64,000 nucleotides of DNA, taken from contig CAZROM010000002.1 of assembly GCA_964601715.1 (NCBI GenBank), forward strand, positions 2,155 to 66,154. Reading direction: 5' to 3'. Below are positions 38,037 to 47,160 of this stretch, in pieces. The notes beneath the pieces were generated by a model, which was given only the letters and a program-made list of their open reading frames with translations, was not told the origin of the DNA and did no database searches. Both the position numbers and the translations under genes were made by a program. The first letter of the stretch is position 1. Each line of letters opens with the position of its first letter. Origin of the DNA: an uncultured Candidatus Peribacteria bacterium (GTDB lineage Bacteria; Patescibacteriota; Gracilibacteria; UBA1369; 2-02-FULL-48-14).

Positions 38037-38684
38037 ATGCACTCTAAGAGAATCCGCGAAAAGGTCAAGCAGGACTACGATTTGATCGCTTCGGAGTTTT
38101 CGGGAACGCGCCAAGCGGGCTGGTCTGAATTCGAGGTTTTTAAGCCTTATTTGAAGCAAGGAATGCGCGTTTTGGATCTGGGTTGTGGGAACGGACGACT
38201 GCTGGATTTTCTGAAGGATTTTAAGCCTGCATTGTATGTGGGCGTTGACCAGTCGACAGGGCTTTTGGAAGAGGCTAAGAAAAAGTATAAGGGCGAAGGT
38301 GTGAAGTTTTTGAATCTGGACATGATGGAGATGAACGAAGTGGAGGGACCTTTTGATGCGGTTTTTTTGATCGCTTCTTTTCATCACTTGCCGCCCAAGG
38401 ACCAACGATTTTTTCTAAGACAACTCAAATCGGTACTGGCGCCGAATGCAGTGATTTGCATGACGAATTGGAATTTGTGGGGGTGGCGATTTTGGAAGGC
38501 GTGGCTTAGGAATTTGTTCTGGCCGAATTACGGTTTTAAAGGGCTGCTCATTCCCTTCCAAAATCGCGTCCATCGTTATTACTATGCTTTCACGCAGAAT
38601 GAAATCCGCACTTTGCTGCAAGATGAAGGTTATACGGTGCTGCACGAAGAACCTGGTAGAAATTATGTAACCGTGGCTCAATAA
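38037..38684 (+). CDS. Trm9/ALKBH8-like class I SAM methyltransferase
   Basis: DYDLIASEFSGTRQAGW, VLDLGCGNGRLL, FDAVFLIASFHHL and RYYYAFTQNEI line up with yeast Trm9 blocks VYNEIAPHFSQTRYKPW, IDVGCGNGKYL, FDFAISIAVVHH and RYYHLY. Confidence 0.65.
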   Translation: MHSKRIREKVKQDYDLIASEFSGTRQAGWSEFEVFKPYLKQGMRVLDLGCGNGRLLDFLKDFKPALYVGVDQSTGLLEEAKKKYKGEGVKFLNLDMMEMNEVEGPFDAVFLIASFHHLPPKDQRFFLRQLKSVLAPNAVICMTNWNLWGWRFWKAWLRNLFWPNYGFKGLLIPFQNRVHRYYYAFTQNEIRTLLQDEGYTVLHEEPGRNYVTVAQ

Positions 38685-39463
38685 TGAAAAAAGGAGGAAC
38701 ATTTTTTGGAGTGCATGTGGATGGATTCACCCGTGAAGAAGCGCGCGAGCTTTTGAACGAGAAACAACTCATCTTCACGCCAAATCCTGAAATTTTGCTG
38801 GAAGCGTCTCGCAATGAACGATATAAAAAAGCACTGCAGCACGGAACCATGATGCTCCCCGATGGCAATGGGCTTCAGCTGGTCAGCTTTCTGATGAAGC
38901 TGCGATCTCGTTTTCTGCGACTCCTCTTGCTGCCCAGTGTTTTGCTCCTTTTCCTTTTCAAAAAATCTTATTTCAAATTGTTTGGATTCCCTGAAATCAT
39001 TCACGGCTCCGACTTCATGCACGATGTGGTGGCGAAGGCAGAGTCCAAAGGATGGTCTGTGTTCTTTTTAGGGGCAAAAGCGGGTGTTGCCGACAAAGCT
39101 GCGAGTCATTTCAGCGATGAGTTTCCTTGTCTTAAAATCGCAGGCGTTTCTTCCTTGGATCCAAGTGAAGCGGCGTTTGATTTAGTCTTGGCTTCGAGAG
39201 CACAGGTGCTTTTTGTGGCTTATGGGGCGCCCAAGCAAGAGCTTTGGCTCGCTGAGTATGCGTCACGCCTCCCCGACTTAAGACTGGGCATGGGCGTTGG
39301 CGGCTCCTTTGATTTTTATGCAGGCACCGTGAAACGAGCGCCTAAACTCATGCGAAAGCTCGGACTTGAATGGCTCTGGCGTTTACTCATGAATCCCGTT
39401 CAGCGCGCAAAACGCATCTGGAATGCGGTGGTGGTGTTTCCGGTCTTGACACTTTTAAAGTAA
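38684..39463 (+). CDS. WecB/TagA/CpsF-family glycosyltransferase (ManNAc-transferase type)
   Basis: IFTPNPEILLEA, LPDGNGLQL, VFFLGAKAGVADKA, VAYGAPKQELW and APKLMRKLGLEWLWRL are present. Confidence 0.8.
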   Translation: MKKGGTFFGVHVDGFTREEARELLNEKQLIFTPNPEILLEASRNERYKKALQHGTMMLPDGNGLQLVSFLMKLRSRFLRLLLLPSVLLLFLFKKSYFKLFGFPEIIHGSDFMHDVVAKAESKGWSVFFLGAKAGVADKAASHFSDEFPCLKIAGVSSLDPSEAAFDLVLASRAQVLFVAYGAPKQELWLAEYASRLPDLRLGMGVGGSFDFYAGTVKRAPKLMRKLGLEWLWRLLMNPVQRAKRIWNAVVVFPVLTLLK

Positions 39464-39499
39464 GTGCTAAAGTTCGCGCATGCTTGTAATCTAATTCTT

Positions 39500-39817
39500 A
39501 TGGCTTTGTCTTTTTCGCCAAACGGTACTGTTGGAGCAACTGAAGCTTTGTATGAGCAAATTCATGCAGCTCGAGTCTTAAGAGGGGATGAAGTTAATTC
39601 CACTCTTGATGCTACGGCTGAACTTATCGCTAGTATCTCGTTAAGAAATCAAGATCCAACTGAGCAACGTGTTCCCAAAGATCCTACGCATGACCTTTAT
39701 CTTAGTATAGTTCAAAGGAACATGGATGTTTCTGCAACTCGTGTGCCTGTTGATCCGTCTAAGGATTTGTACCTTCGTGCTAAAATGGCTCGTGAGTTGC
39801 GAGAACAAGGGTTTTAA
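39500..39817 (+). CDS. Hypothetical protein with an internal repeat
   Basis: RVPKDPTHDLYL and RVPVDPSKDLYL are repeated 26 aa apart. There is no signal peptide. Confidence 0.4.
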   Translation: MALSFSPNGTVGATEALYEQIHAARVLRGDEVNSTLDATAELIASISLRNQDPTEQRVPKDPTHDLYLSIVQRNMDVSATRVPVDPSKDLYLRAKMARELREQGF

Positions 39818-40071
39818 TCCCTTCTCTTCTTCCCTACTTTTTCTTGGGCGCCTTGGATGAAGGGTGAGATGAATTCGATGATGCTCTTGGTGAGCAAGAT
39901 GGGTTTGGTGACGTAGGTGTTCACTTTATCGACGAGGTCTTTGACTTGGTCGGTCACTTTAACCACGTCGCGCAAAATGAAGAGCAAGTACACAAGGGTC
40001 ACGGAAAGAAAAACCGTGAGCAAGGTGATGCAAACCGAAAGCGTGAGGTAGAGAATGTCGAGAGATTGCAT
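39814..40071 (-). CDS. Small membrane protein (DUF948-like architecture)
   Basis: One N-terminal TM helix followed by an amphipathic helix (VVKVTDQVKDLVDKVN). Confidence 0.45.
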   Translation of the reverse strand: MQSLDILYLTLSVCITLLTVFLSVTLVYLLFILRDVVKVTDQVKDLVDKVNTYVTKPILLTKSIIEFISPFIQGAQEKVGKKRRD

Positions 40072-40107
40072 GGGGCGTGGAGTTAAAGTGTGGAACTTTT
40101 CTTTGAC

Positions 40108-40317
40108 CTATTCGTCGATCTTAACGTCGGGGCAAGCATTCTTGTAGGCTTCCAGTTCATCTTGAACCTTGAGCTTTTGAGTGATGGTGGTTTGGATCAT
40201 GTTTTTCAAACTGTCGTACTCCTTTTGTTTGACTTGGTAGACGATCGCACCTGTTACGATGTTGGTGATGACGAGGACTAAAACGAGCAGGAAAACTTTG
40301 AGTTTGGTGTTCTTCAT
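40108..40317 (-). CDS. Small membrane-anchored protein (69 aa)
   Basis: An N-terminal TM helix (VFLLVLVLVITNIVTGAIVY) with a coiled-coil tail. It lies directly downstream of gatB on the same (minus) strand. Confidence 0.45.
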   Translation of the reverse strand: MKNTKLKVFLLVLVLVITNIVTGAIVYQVKQKEYDSLKNMIQTTITQKLKVQDELEAYKNACPDVKIDE

Positions 40318-40321
40318 AAAA

Positions 40322-41752
40322 TTAAGATAAGAGTTTAGTGAGAAGTTCGTTGACCATTTGAGGATTGGCTTTGCCTTTGCTCTCTTTCATTACGGTTCCA
40401 ACGATGGCGGCCATGGCTTTGGTTTTCCCGGCTTTCACATCCGCTACAGCAGCTGGATTGGCTTCGATCGCTTTCTTGCAGAATTCTTCGATGGCACCGG
40501 TGTCGCTGACTTGGCTGAGACCCAATTCTTCTACGATTTGTTTGGGCATCTTTCCACTTTCCATCATGTTTTCAAACACTGAAGATTTGGCCACGTTGTT
40601 GGAAATGGCTCCGGAATCGATCATTTGAATGAGCTCAATGAGATGAGCCGCGGTGACAGGAGAACTGCTCAGAGTTTTTCCCGTTTCCTTGAGACGACTC
40701 ACGAGCACGGTTCCCACAAAGGATGAAGCTGTTTTTGGATTCTTGGTTGCTTTGGCGATCTCTTCAAAGAGTTTTGCGAACTTGTAATCTTCTGAGAAGA
40801 AGCGCGCTTCGGCTTCGCCCAAGGCGTAGTCACTGATGAAACGTTCGTAAACGTGCATGGGTGATTCTGGCACTTCTTTTTTCCATTCTTCGATCTGTTC
40901 GTCCGTGAGCTCTAGAGGTGGCAAGTCAGGTTCTGGGAAATAGCGGTAGTCGGCTGCGCTTTCTTTCTCACGCATCAAGTAAGTAGTTCCTTTCAGGTCG
41001 TCCCAACCTACAGTGGTTTCGATGGTGGGAGGAGTTCCTGCTTCCCAGAGTTCACGTTGTTTGGCGATTTCACATTCGATGGCGGATTCTAAGGAGCGGA
41101 AGGAATTGAGGTTTTTGATCTCGGCTCTTGGATAGAGTTTAGTGTCCCCCACTGGGCGGAGTGACACGCTGGCGTCAAAACGCATTTGACCTTTTTCCAT
41201 GTCGCAGTCGCTGCTTCCGCAGTAACGCACGATTTTCTGGATGCTCATGGCGTATTCTTTGGCTTCTACAGAAGAACGCATGTCGGGATCGGAAACGATT
41301 TCCATTAAAGGTTTGCCGGCACGATTGAAGTCGAGCAAGGTACCTTGAGTGCTGTGACTGAGTTTACCTGCGTCGTTTTCAAGGTGGAGTCGAGTGATAC
41401 CGATGCGCTTCTTTCCTCCATTCACAAGAATGTCTAAATGGCCGTGTTCAGACACGGGTTCATCGTATTGAGAGATCTGATATCCGGAAGGTAGATCAGG
41501 ATAAAAATAGTTTTTTCGGTCGAATTTGGAGTGTTTGCGAATGGTGCAGTTGAGCGCCAAAGCGGCGATCACACCTTTTTTGATGCTTTCTCCGTTGGCG
41601 GATGGCAGCATTCCAGGGAAGCCCATACAGATTGGGCAAACGTTGGTGTTGGGCTCTTTTGCGAAATTATCGTTGTTGCAGCCACAGAACATTTTGGTCT
41701 GGGTGTTCATTTCAGCGTGAATTTCGAGTCCGATGATTGCTTCTAGTTCCAT
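40322..41752 (-). CDS. gatB: Asp/Glu-tRNA amidotransferase subunit B
   Basis: MELEAIIGLEIHAEMNTQTKMFCGC...CPICMGFPGMLP...RFDASVS are present, along with the C-terminal YqeY-like domain. Confidence 0.95.
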   Translation of the reverse strand: MELEAIIGLEIHAEMNTQTKMFCGCNNDNFAKEPNTNVCPICMGFPGMLPSANGESIKKGVIAALALNCTIRKHSKFDRKNYFYPDLPSGYQISQYDEPVSEHGHLDILVNGGKKRIGITRLHLENDAGKLSHSTQGTLLDFNRAGKPLMEIVSDPDMRSSVEAKEYAMSIQKIVRYCGSSDCDMEKGQMRFDASVSLRPVGDTKLYPRAEIKNLNSFRSLESAIECEIAKQRELWEAGTPPTIETTVGWDDLKGTTYLMREKESAADYRYFPEPDLPPLELTDEQIEEWKKEVPESPMHVYERFISDYALGEAEARFFSEDYKFAKLFEEIAKATKNPKTASSFVGTVLVSRLKETGKTLSSSPVTAAHLIELIQMIDSGAISNNVAKSSVFENMMESGKMPKQIVEELGLSQVSDTGAIEEFCKKAIEANPAAVADVKAGKTKAMAAIVGTVMKESKGKANPQMVNELLTKLLS

Positions 41753-41767
41753 GGCTCGTATTTAATC

Positions 41768-42334
41768 TTATTTTCGTGAGGAGCGCAACAGGCTTGTGAG
41801 CAGTTCTTTGAGCTGGCCGTGATCACGAATGGTTTGGCTGTGCACGAATTTGCTCTGATTCTCCATGATGATGCGTTCCACTTTTTGTGGCAAAGCTACA
41901 TTTTTCAAAGTGACTGGACTGGAGGAAACGTTGTCGATTTGAAGGTTTCCGAAACGGAATATCGTTCCCCAAAAGCCGTGAATTTCGCTGGTGGTTGTTT
42001 CGATGGTTCCAAATTCAATCCGATTGGTGGATTGGCTGAAGGGCGAATTCCATTCAAAATTGATCACCGATAAATTGGTGACGATCCACGCGTCCATGTA
42101 CCACTGAATCAAACGGTAGCTGCAAATCATGAGACCTATGATCAGCCATGCGCTCCACACTTCAGGCATGAGTGGAAAAAGCCAATAACCGATTCCTGGC
42201 ATTAGGATGCCGAGAGTGAGTGCTTTGAATAAAACGGGGTAAACGACAAAGGGATGAATGTGAGCGACGTAGACGATTTCTTCCCCTTCATCCAAAAGTT
42301 TTCGGAAGAGAATTTGATCAAGAACTGATTTCAT
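41768..42334 (-). CDS. Membrane protein with bacterial PH (bPH_2/YdbT-like) architecture
   Basis: GEEIVYVAHIHPF is followed by two TM helices and a ~90-aa soluble domain. Confidence 0.4.
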   Translation of the reverse strand: MKSVLDQILFRKLLDEGEEIVYVAHIHPFVVYPVLFKALTLGILMPGIGYWLFPLMPEVWSAWLIIGLMICSYRLIQWYMDAWIVTNLSVINFEWNSPFSQSTNRIEFGTIETTTSEIHGFWGTIFRFGNLQIDNVSSSPVTLKNVALPQKVERIIMENQSKFVHSQTIRDHGQLKELLTSLLRSSRK

Positions 42335-42384
42335 TGTGGAGGAGTTTTTTTCTTGCTAAGCTTCCAAAGCCATCTTACACCGCT

Positions 42385-43056
42385 ATGACTCAAAAGACGA
42401 ACAAAGATTTTAAACTCGGACGTTTTATTTTAGACATTGTGGTGGACGTTGCGATCGTTGCGGTGCTCGTGCTCTTCATTCAAAACTTTCTTTTTGCGCC
42501 TTTTCGAATTCACGGACCTTCGATGTGTGACACCTTCAATAATTTCAATGGAGAGTGCTACAACGGAGATGGGGAATTCATTTTGGTTTCTCGACTTTCG
42601 ACTTGGGATCTTTTTGGTTGGACACCCAGCACTCTGGAGCGTGGCGATGTGATTGTTTTTCAAGCTCCTTATGCCGAAGAGGGTGAGTTTTACATCAAGC
42701 GCATCATTGGAGTTCCCGGCGATTCAGTTCTGATCAAAGATGGTCTCGTTTATGTGAAAAATGCTGACGGACAATTCATTGAGATCGACGAACCTTATTT
42801 GAATGCCGACAACGCGGGCAATACCTATCCTCACCGTTCCAGTTCTGAAACTTTCACTGTTCCTGAAGGCCAATATTTTGTGATGGGAGACAATCGCACG
42901 AAGAGCAGTGACTCACGTCGTTGCTTCCAGCAATTGGGGTGCACCGATCAAAGCTCCCCTTACCTCGATGCCAGTGCCATCGAAGGCGAAGTGGAAGTGG
43001 TGCTCTTCCCTCTCAGTCATTTGAGGCTTGTCTACGACACGGATTACGCACTCTAA
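42385..43056 (+). CDS. lepB: Signal peptidase I
   Basis: GPSMCDTF carries the catalytic Ser. YIKRIIGVPGD and GDNRTKSSDSR are also present. The start was set at the ATG at 42385. Confidence 0.9.
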   Translation: MTQKTNKDFKLGRFILDIVVDVAIVAVLVLFIQNFLFAPFRIHGPSMCDTFNNFNGECYNGDGEFILVSRLSTWDLFGWTPSTLERGDVIVFQAPYAEEGEFYIKRIIGVPGDSVLIKDGLVYVKNADGQFIEIDEPYLNADNAGNTYPHRSSSETFTVPEGQYFVMGDNRTKSSDSRRCFQQLGCTDQSSPYLDASAIEGEVEVVLFPLSHLRLVYDTDYAL

Positions 43057-43469
43057 AGTTCGTCTTTGCCACTGAAATAAAATTCGATGAGCATCATGAG
43101 GGTGACCAGTAAAAGGCCATTCCATACTCTTAAAAATCCCAGCATCAAAAGCCCTAGGCACAAAGTGGTGCAGAGGCTGAGCAGGGTTCCTTGGCGAAGA
43201 GAAATCATCACGTGTTTGAGATAGATTTGATCTTTATTTTTCCATTTTTTGAGCAAGGACAAGAGAATTGTGAAGGTTCCTGCCAGAGCAACAAAACTGG
43301 TGAGAAAGAATAGGGGCAGTGCAAAATTGGGATTCGTGTATGGGTCTAATTTGCTCAAAACCACTCCCCAAGCCGCCCAAGCCATGACTGTTCCGAATCC
43401 AAAATAAAGAAGGGTTCGATAGTGAGGAATGATGAGGTAGCGATTCTTGAATTGTTTTTCTTCGTTCAT
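43053..43469 (-). CDS. Integral membrane protein (4 TM), function unknown
   Basis: Four hydrophobic helices and no recognised motif. Confidence 0.5.
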   Translation of the reverse strand: MNEEKQFKNRYLIIPHYRTLLYFGFGTVMAWAAWGVVLSKLDPYTNPNFALPLFFLTSFVALAGTFTILLSLLKKWKNKDQIYLKHVMISLRQGTLLSLCTTLCLGLLMLGFLRVWNGLLLVTLMMLIEFYFSGKDEL

Positions 43470-43513
43470 AGGCGTGCTTTCATGTTACAATTGCTTTGTC
43501 ATCCTAGCAATCC

Positions 43514-44452
43514 ATGATGCCAATCTCGATTTTATTTTTTTCCAGCAGTCCCATCAGTCTTCCGCTTCTCAGCGCTTTGCTGAAAGACGATCGTTTTAAA
43601 GTGGTGGGGCTTTTTTGTCAGCCCGATAAGCCGGCTGGACGTGGTCAAGAACTCACAGCACCTGAGACTAAAGCTCTCGCCGAAAAAGAAGGAGTTTCTG
43701 TTTTTCAAACGCCACTGCTCCGTACCGATCACGAGCTTCTTGAACGCTTCAAATTGAATCCACCTGACTTCATGCTGACCTTTGCTTATGGCCAGATTTT
43801 ATCGGAAGACTGGCTCGCGCTTCCGATGCGTGCGCCGCTCAATGTGCACACTTCCCTTCTGCCTTTGTATCGTGGAGCCTCCCCGATTCAAGCAGCACTT
43901 TTGGATGGAAAGACGGAAACGGGACTCACGCTCATGAAAATGGAAAAAGAAATGGATGCGGGTCCCATCGCCTTTCAACATTCATTTGCGATTGATGAAG
44001 ACATGACGAGTGAAGATCTTTTTGACGGACTCGCGAATCTTGCGGCTGAAGTGATACCTGAGGATTTGCTTGCATTGAGTCATGATCTAAAATTTCACGA
44101 GCAGGATGCGACGCAGGCCACTTTCACCAAGAAAATTAAGAAGGAAGACGGTTATGTGGATTTTCAATGCGAGGCGGAAACTTTGCTGCGACGCTTTCGA
44201 GCTTACACGCCGTGGCCTGGGCTTTGGACGACGCACAAGGGCGAACGCATCAAACTTTTAGGCCTCGAAAAAACAACTGAAAAATCATTGAAACCAGGCG
44301 AGGTGCTTTATAAGGATTTTGCTTTTTATCTTGGTACTTTGGATTTTGACGTGCGACTCACCTTGCTTCAGGCCGAGGGGAAAAAAGCGATTGCACCAAA
44401 AGATTTCATCCAGGGTTCCCCTGAGTGGGCTTCGACTTCTTTAGCTTCTTGA
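43514..44452 (+). CDS. fmt: Methionyl-tRNA formyltransferase
   Basis: FCQPDKPAGRGQ, NVHTSLLPLYRGASPIQ and the C-terminal beta-barrel domain are present. Confidence 0.92.
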   Translation: MMPISILFFSSSPISLPLLSALLKDDRFKVVGLFCQPDKPAGRGQELTAPETKALAEKEGVSVFQTPLLRTDHELLERFKLNPPDFMLTFAYGQILSEDWLALPMRAPLNVHTSLLPLYRGASPIQAALLDGKTETGLTLMKMEKEMDAGPIAFQHSFAIDEDMTSEDLFDGLANLAAEVIPEDLLALSHDLKFHEQDATQATFTKKIKKEDGYVDFQCEAETLLRRFRAYTPWPGLWTTHKGERIKLLGLEKTTEKSLKPGEVLYKDFAFYLGTLDFDVRLTLLQAEGKKAIAPKDFIQGSPEWASTSLAS

Positions 44453-45776
44453 TGGCTTTGATCGGCACTGGGTCGGATAAAAATCTTGAAATGGAGGCGA
44501 ACAAAATGATGGCCAGAAAACGTGCGGGTTCAAGCGTCATCCAGTAGTGGTCGAAAAAACCTGTGGTGATGAGAATGAGCCCCATTGAAAAGAAAAAATT
44601 CTTCTTGCTTTCTTCGTGACTGGTGCCCAGCATTTTTTCGTGTTCGAGGAGTTTTTTGCTGGTGAGAATTAGAAGCAAGACGAAGGCGAAGAGGCCTTGC
44701 AAACCGGTCTCGACCCAAGCCAACAAGAAGATGTTGTGAGTGGGTTGATAGTCCCACGGCAGCCATGTTCGTGTTGGATTTTCGTCGATGAATAAAGTTT
44801 CAAAACTCCATCCTGTTCCCAAAGGGTGCTCGATGAAAATTTGACCTGCTTGTTCGTAGCCTTCTATGCGTGTTTGAATGGCAGGATCACTGAGCAGGGG
44901 CAAAGGCCTCGTGAGCACAAGCACTAAAATTTCTAAAAACATTAGGATGAAAATTCCGTAGCTGACGAATCGATTGTATTTTTCTTTTATGAGCGGTACG
45001 GAGCGATAACTGAGCATGAGGATTCCGAGGATCAGTCCCAAGAGTGCGGACCTAGAAAAGCTACAAACCAAGCCCAGCAATTGTAGCACGAGCAAAGCAT
45101 TGCGTAGTCGTATGGAGCTGGGTGGATAGAGCAAAGTTCCTAAAATGCTGAACGCCAAAAATCCGCCGAGGATATTGGGGTGCTCGAAGGTGCCGTAGGA
45201 ACGAATGAGTTCGAATGAACCGAGTTGAAGCTTTGCAAGGTGCGCGGTGGTGAGCGAAAGCGTTGGTTCTCCTAAAAAACCTAAGCCTAAACTGTGACCT
45301 AGCGCGAGTTGAAGAATGGCGAGCAAAGCTTGAAAACTCATGCTCCAAGTGAGCACTCTGAAAATTTCGTTCACCTTTAAAATTTTGTTCGCAATTAAAA
45401 AATAGATGCACAGCAGTTCAGTTAAGCCGATGAGTGTGAAAAATTTGAGTGTTGAATCTTCAACTGGACTGAGAAGTAAGGACAATGCTCCGACCCCAAG
45501 ACACAATAGAAACGCAGAACTTAAAACTTTTTTTCCGAAGTTAAAATTGCGCTTTGGATCTTCTAGAAAGAAAACGAGCGCCGCTAAAAACAAAAAGCAT
45601 TCCGAAATGCTGAGTGAAATACTTGTGTAGGGATTGATGAATCCTCTTCCCCACATCGTTTCGTAAATCAAAATTGAACTCTGAAACGGAAGCGTGAATA
45701 AGAAGATCTTAAAAAGAACTCCGCTCCATTTATTTTTCAGTTGTTGCTGGAGCCACGTACGTGGGTTTGATTCCAC
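44406..45776 (-). CDS. O-antigen ligase / Wzy_C-family membrane protein
   Basis: About 11 TM helices. The central loop region RSALLGLILGILML is typical of Wzy_C. The start is uncertain: the GTG at 45776 overlaps the upstream gene by 47 nt. Confidence 0.6.
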   Translation of the reverse strand: MESNPRTWLQQQLKNKWSGVLFKIFLFTLPFQSSILIYETMWGRGFINPYTSISLSISECFLFLAALVFFLEDPKRNFNFGKKVLSSAFLLCLGVGALSLLLSPVEDSTLKFFTLIGLTELLCIYFLIANKILKVNEIFRVLTWSMSFQALLAILQLALGHSLGLGFLGEPTLSLTTAHLAKLQLGSFELIRSYGTFEHPNILGGFLAFSILGTLLYPPSSIRLRNALLVLQLLGLVCSFSRSALLGLILGILMLSYRSVPLIKEKYNRFVSYGIFILMFLEILVLVLTRPLPLLSDPAIQTRIEGYEQAGQIFIEHPLGTGWSFETLFIDENPTRTWLPWDYQPTHNIFLLAWVETGLQGLFAFVLLLILTSKKLLEHEKMLGTSHEESKKNFFFSMGLILITTGFFDHYWMTLEPARFLAIILFASISRFLSDPVPIKAIKKLKKSKPTQGNPG

Positions 45777-47133
45777 TGCTTGGGATTAAAGCTTGAATTT
45801 TGTCTGCCATGCTTTTCAGCACATCTTGACTGCGAGCCGTGCCGAGCACGCTAGAAATTCCATCTAAGAAAATGGTTTTATATGCGTCTGGATCACTCAT
45901 GGTGAGATCGGTTGCGTAGCCCACTTGTGAGGCGAATACCCCATAAATTGGATCAGCAGTTTGCTCGGTGATCAAGCTGCGACGCGCGCTGGGGCGGTGT
46001 GTTGTTTGATTGTAGGTGCGAAGCAAATCGGAAGAAGTCATGCTGAGCAAAAAGTCCCAAGCCACCTCGGAGTTTGGACTGGTTCTTCCGACTACGGGCA
46101 CGAAATAATTTGCATAAGCGATGCGGCTATCGGCGGATGTTTCTGGATCATTCACTTGAGGAACGGGTGCTATTTTAATGTCGCCCCAATCCATGGTTTC
46201 TTCGCCTTGGCTGGAAAGGAGTTTCACTTCGTTGATCAAATCTTCGTAGGTATAACTGTATCCAAAGACCATGGAAACTTTTCCACGGGCAAAGGTTTCC
46301 AATTCTTTTTCGGAACTTTCGGAATCCGCGAGGTACTTGTTCCAGCTGTAATTTTTTTTGCTAGGCAATCCAAAACTCGTGTAAAGATCGAGGGCGGCCA
46401 AAGCGTTTGGATCACTTTCGAATAAGACTTTGGTGTAGTCGCCTGTGTAGAAACTGGTTTTGTATTGAAGCATCATCAAGGCGAGCACATCGAAGGCACG
46501 CAAAATGTTGTCGCTGCGTCCCAAGGCAATTCCGGCTCGAGCGAAGCGTTCAAAGCTTTGATCTTGTTTGCTCAGTAAGCTCACATCGTTCTTAATTCCT
46601 TCCCACGTGCTGGATGGCTGACCTTGAGCTGGGATGGCATCTTCGAAATGAGAGTCATTGTAGTAGAGCGCCAAGGTGTCGACATAGAGAGGAATTCCGT
46701 AGATTTGCTCGATTCCGTTTTCGTCGGGAATGATCAAATCTTTTGCCGCGATGTCTACAAAGCTGCTTCGGAAGTCTTCCACACTTACGGAATTTTGAGG
46801 TGCTGGGGTGAGTTTTTTATAGTTTTCGGGGAACCACGTGTTATTCATCATGAAGAGGTCGGGTCCCTCGCCTTCGGCCAGTTCATTCACGATCAAATCC
46901 ATGTACGCCGTGGGATCGGTGAATTTTTTATACAAAATTGTCACATTGGGATGAGCGTCTTGATAGCTTTCAATGAAGGGCGTGATGACTTCTTCGTTGT
47001 CGAATAGACCGTAAAAAGTCAGCGTGATGGGCGTCGGTGTTTGCGTTGTGACGCTTGTTTTTGGAGAACATCCCGTGAGCGTACTCAAAGCGAGAATCGA
47101 AAGCGTGAGGCTTAAGCTGATGAATTTTTTCAT
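45730..47133 (-). CDS. Extracellular solute-binding protein, family 1 type, lipoprotein
   Basis: The lipobox is LTGC. TLTFYGLFDNEEVITPFIESYQDAHPNVTILYKKF...GEGPDLFMMNNTW has the SBP_bac_1 pattern. Confidence 0.7.
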   Translation of the reverse strand: MKKFISLSLTLSILALSTLTGCSPKTSVTTQTPTPITLTFYGLFDNEEVITPFIESYQDAHPNVTILYKKFTDPTAYMDLIVNELAEGEGPDLFMMNNTWFPENYKKLTPAPQNSVSVEDFRSSFVDIAAKDLIIPDENGIEQIYGIPLYVDTLALYYNDSHFEDAIPAQGQPSSTWEGIKNDVSLLSKQDQSFERFARAGIALGRSDNILRAFDVLALMMLQYKTSFYTGDYTKVLFESDPNALAALDLYTSFGLPSKKNYSWNKYLADSESSEKELETFARGKVSMVFGYSYTYEDLINEVKLLSSQGEETMDWGDIKIAPVPQVNDPETSADSRIAYANYFVPVVGRTSPNSEVAWDFLLSMTSSDLLRTYNQTTHRPSARRSLITEQTADPIYGVFASQVGYATDLTMSDPDAYKTIFLDGISSVLGTARSQDVLKSMADKIQALIPSSGIKPTYVAPATTEK

Positions 47134-47160
47134 TGGTGAGGCGAAAATGGCGTGCCTTGA

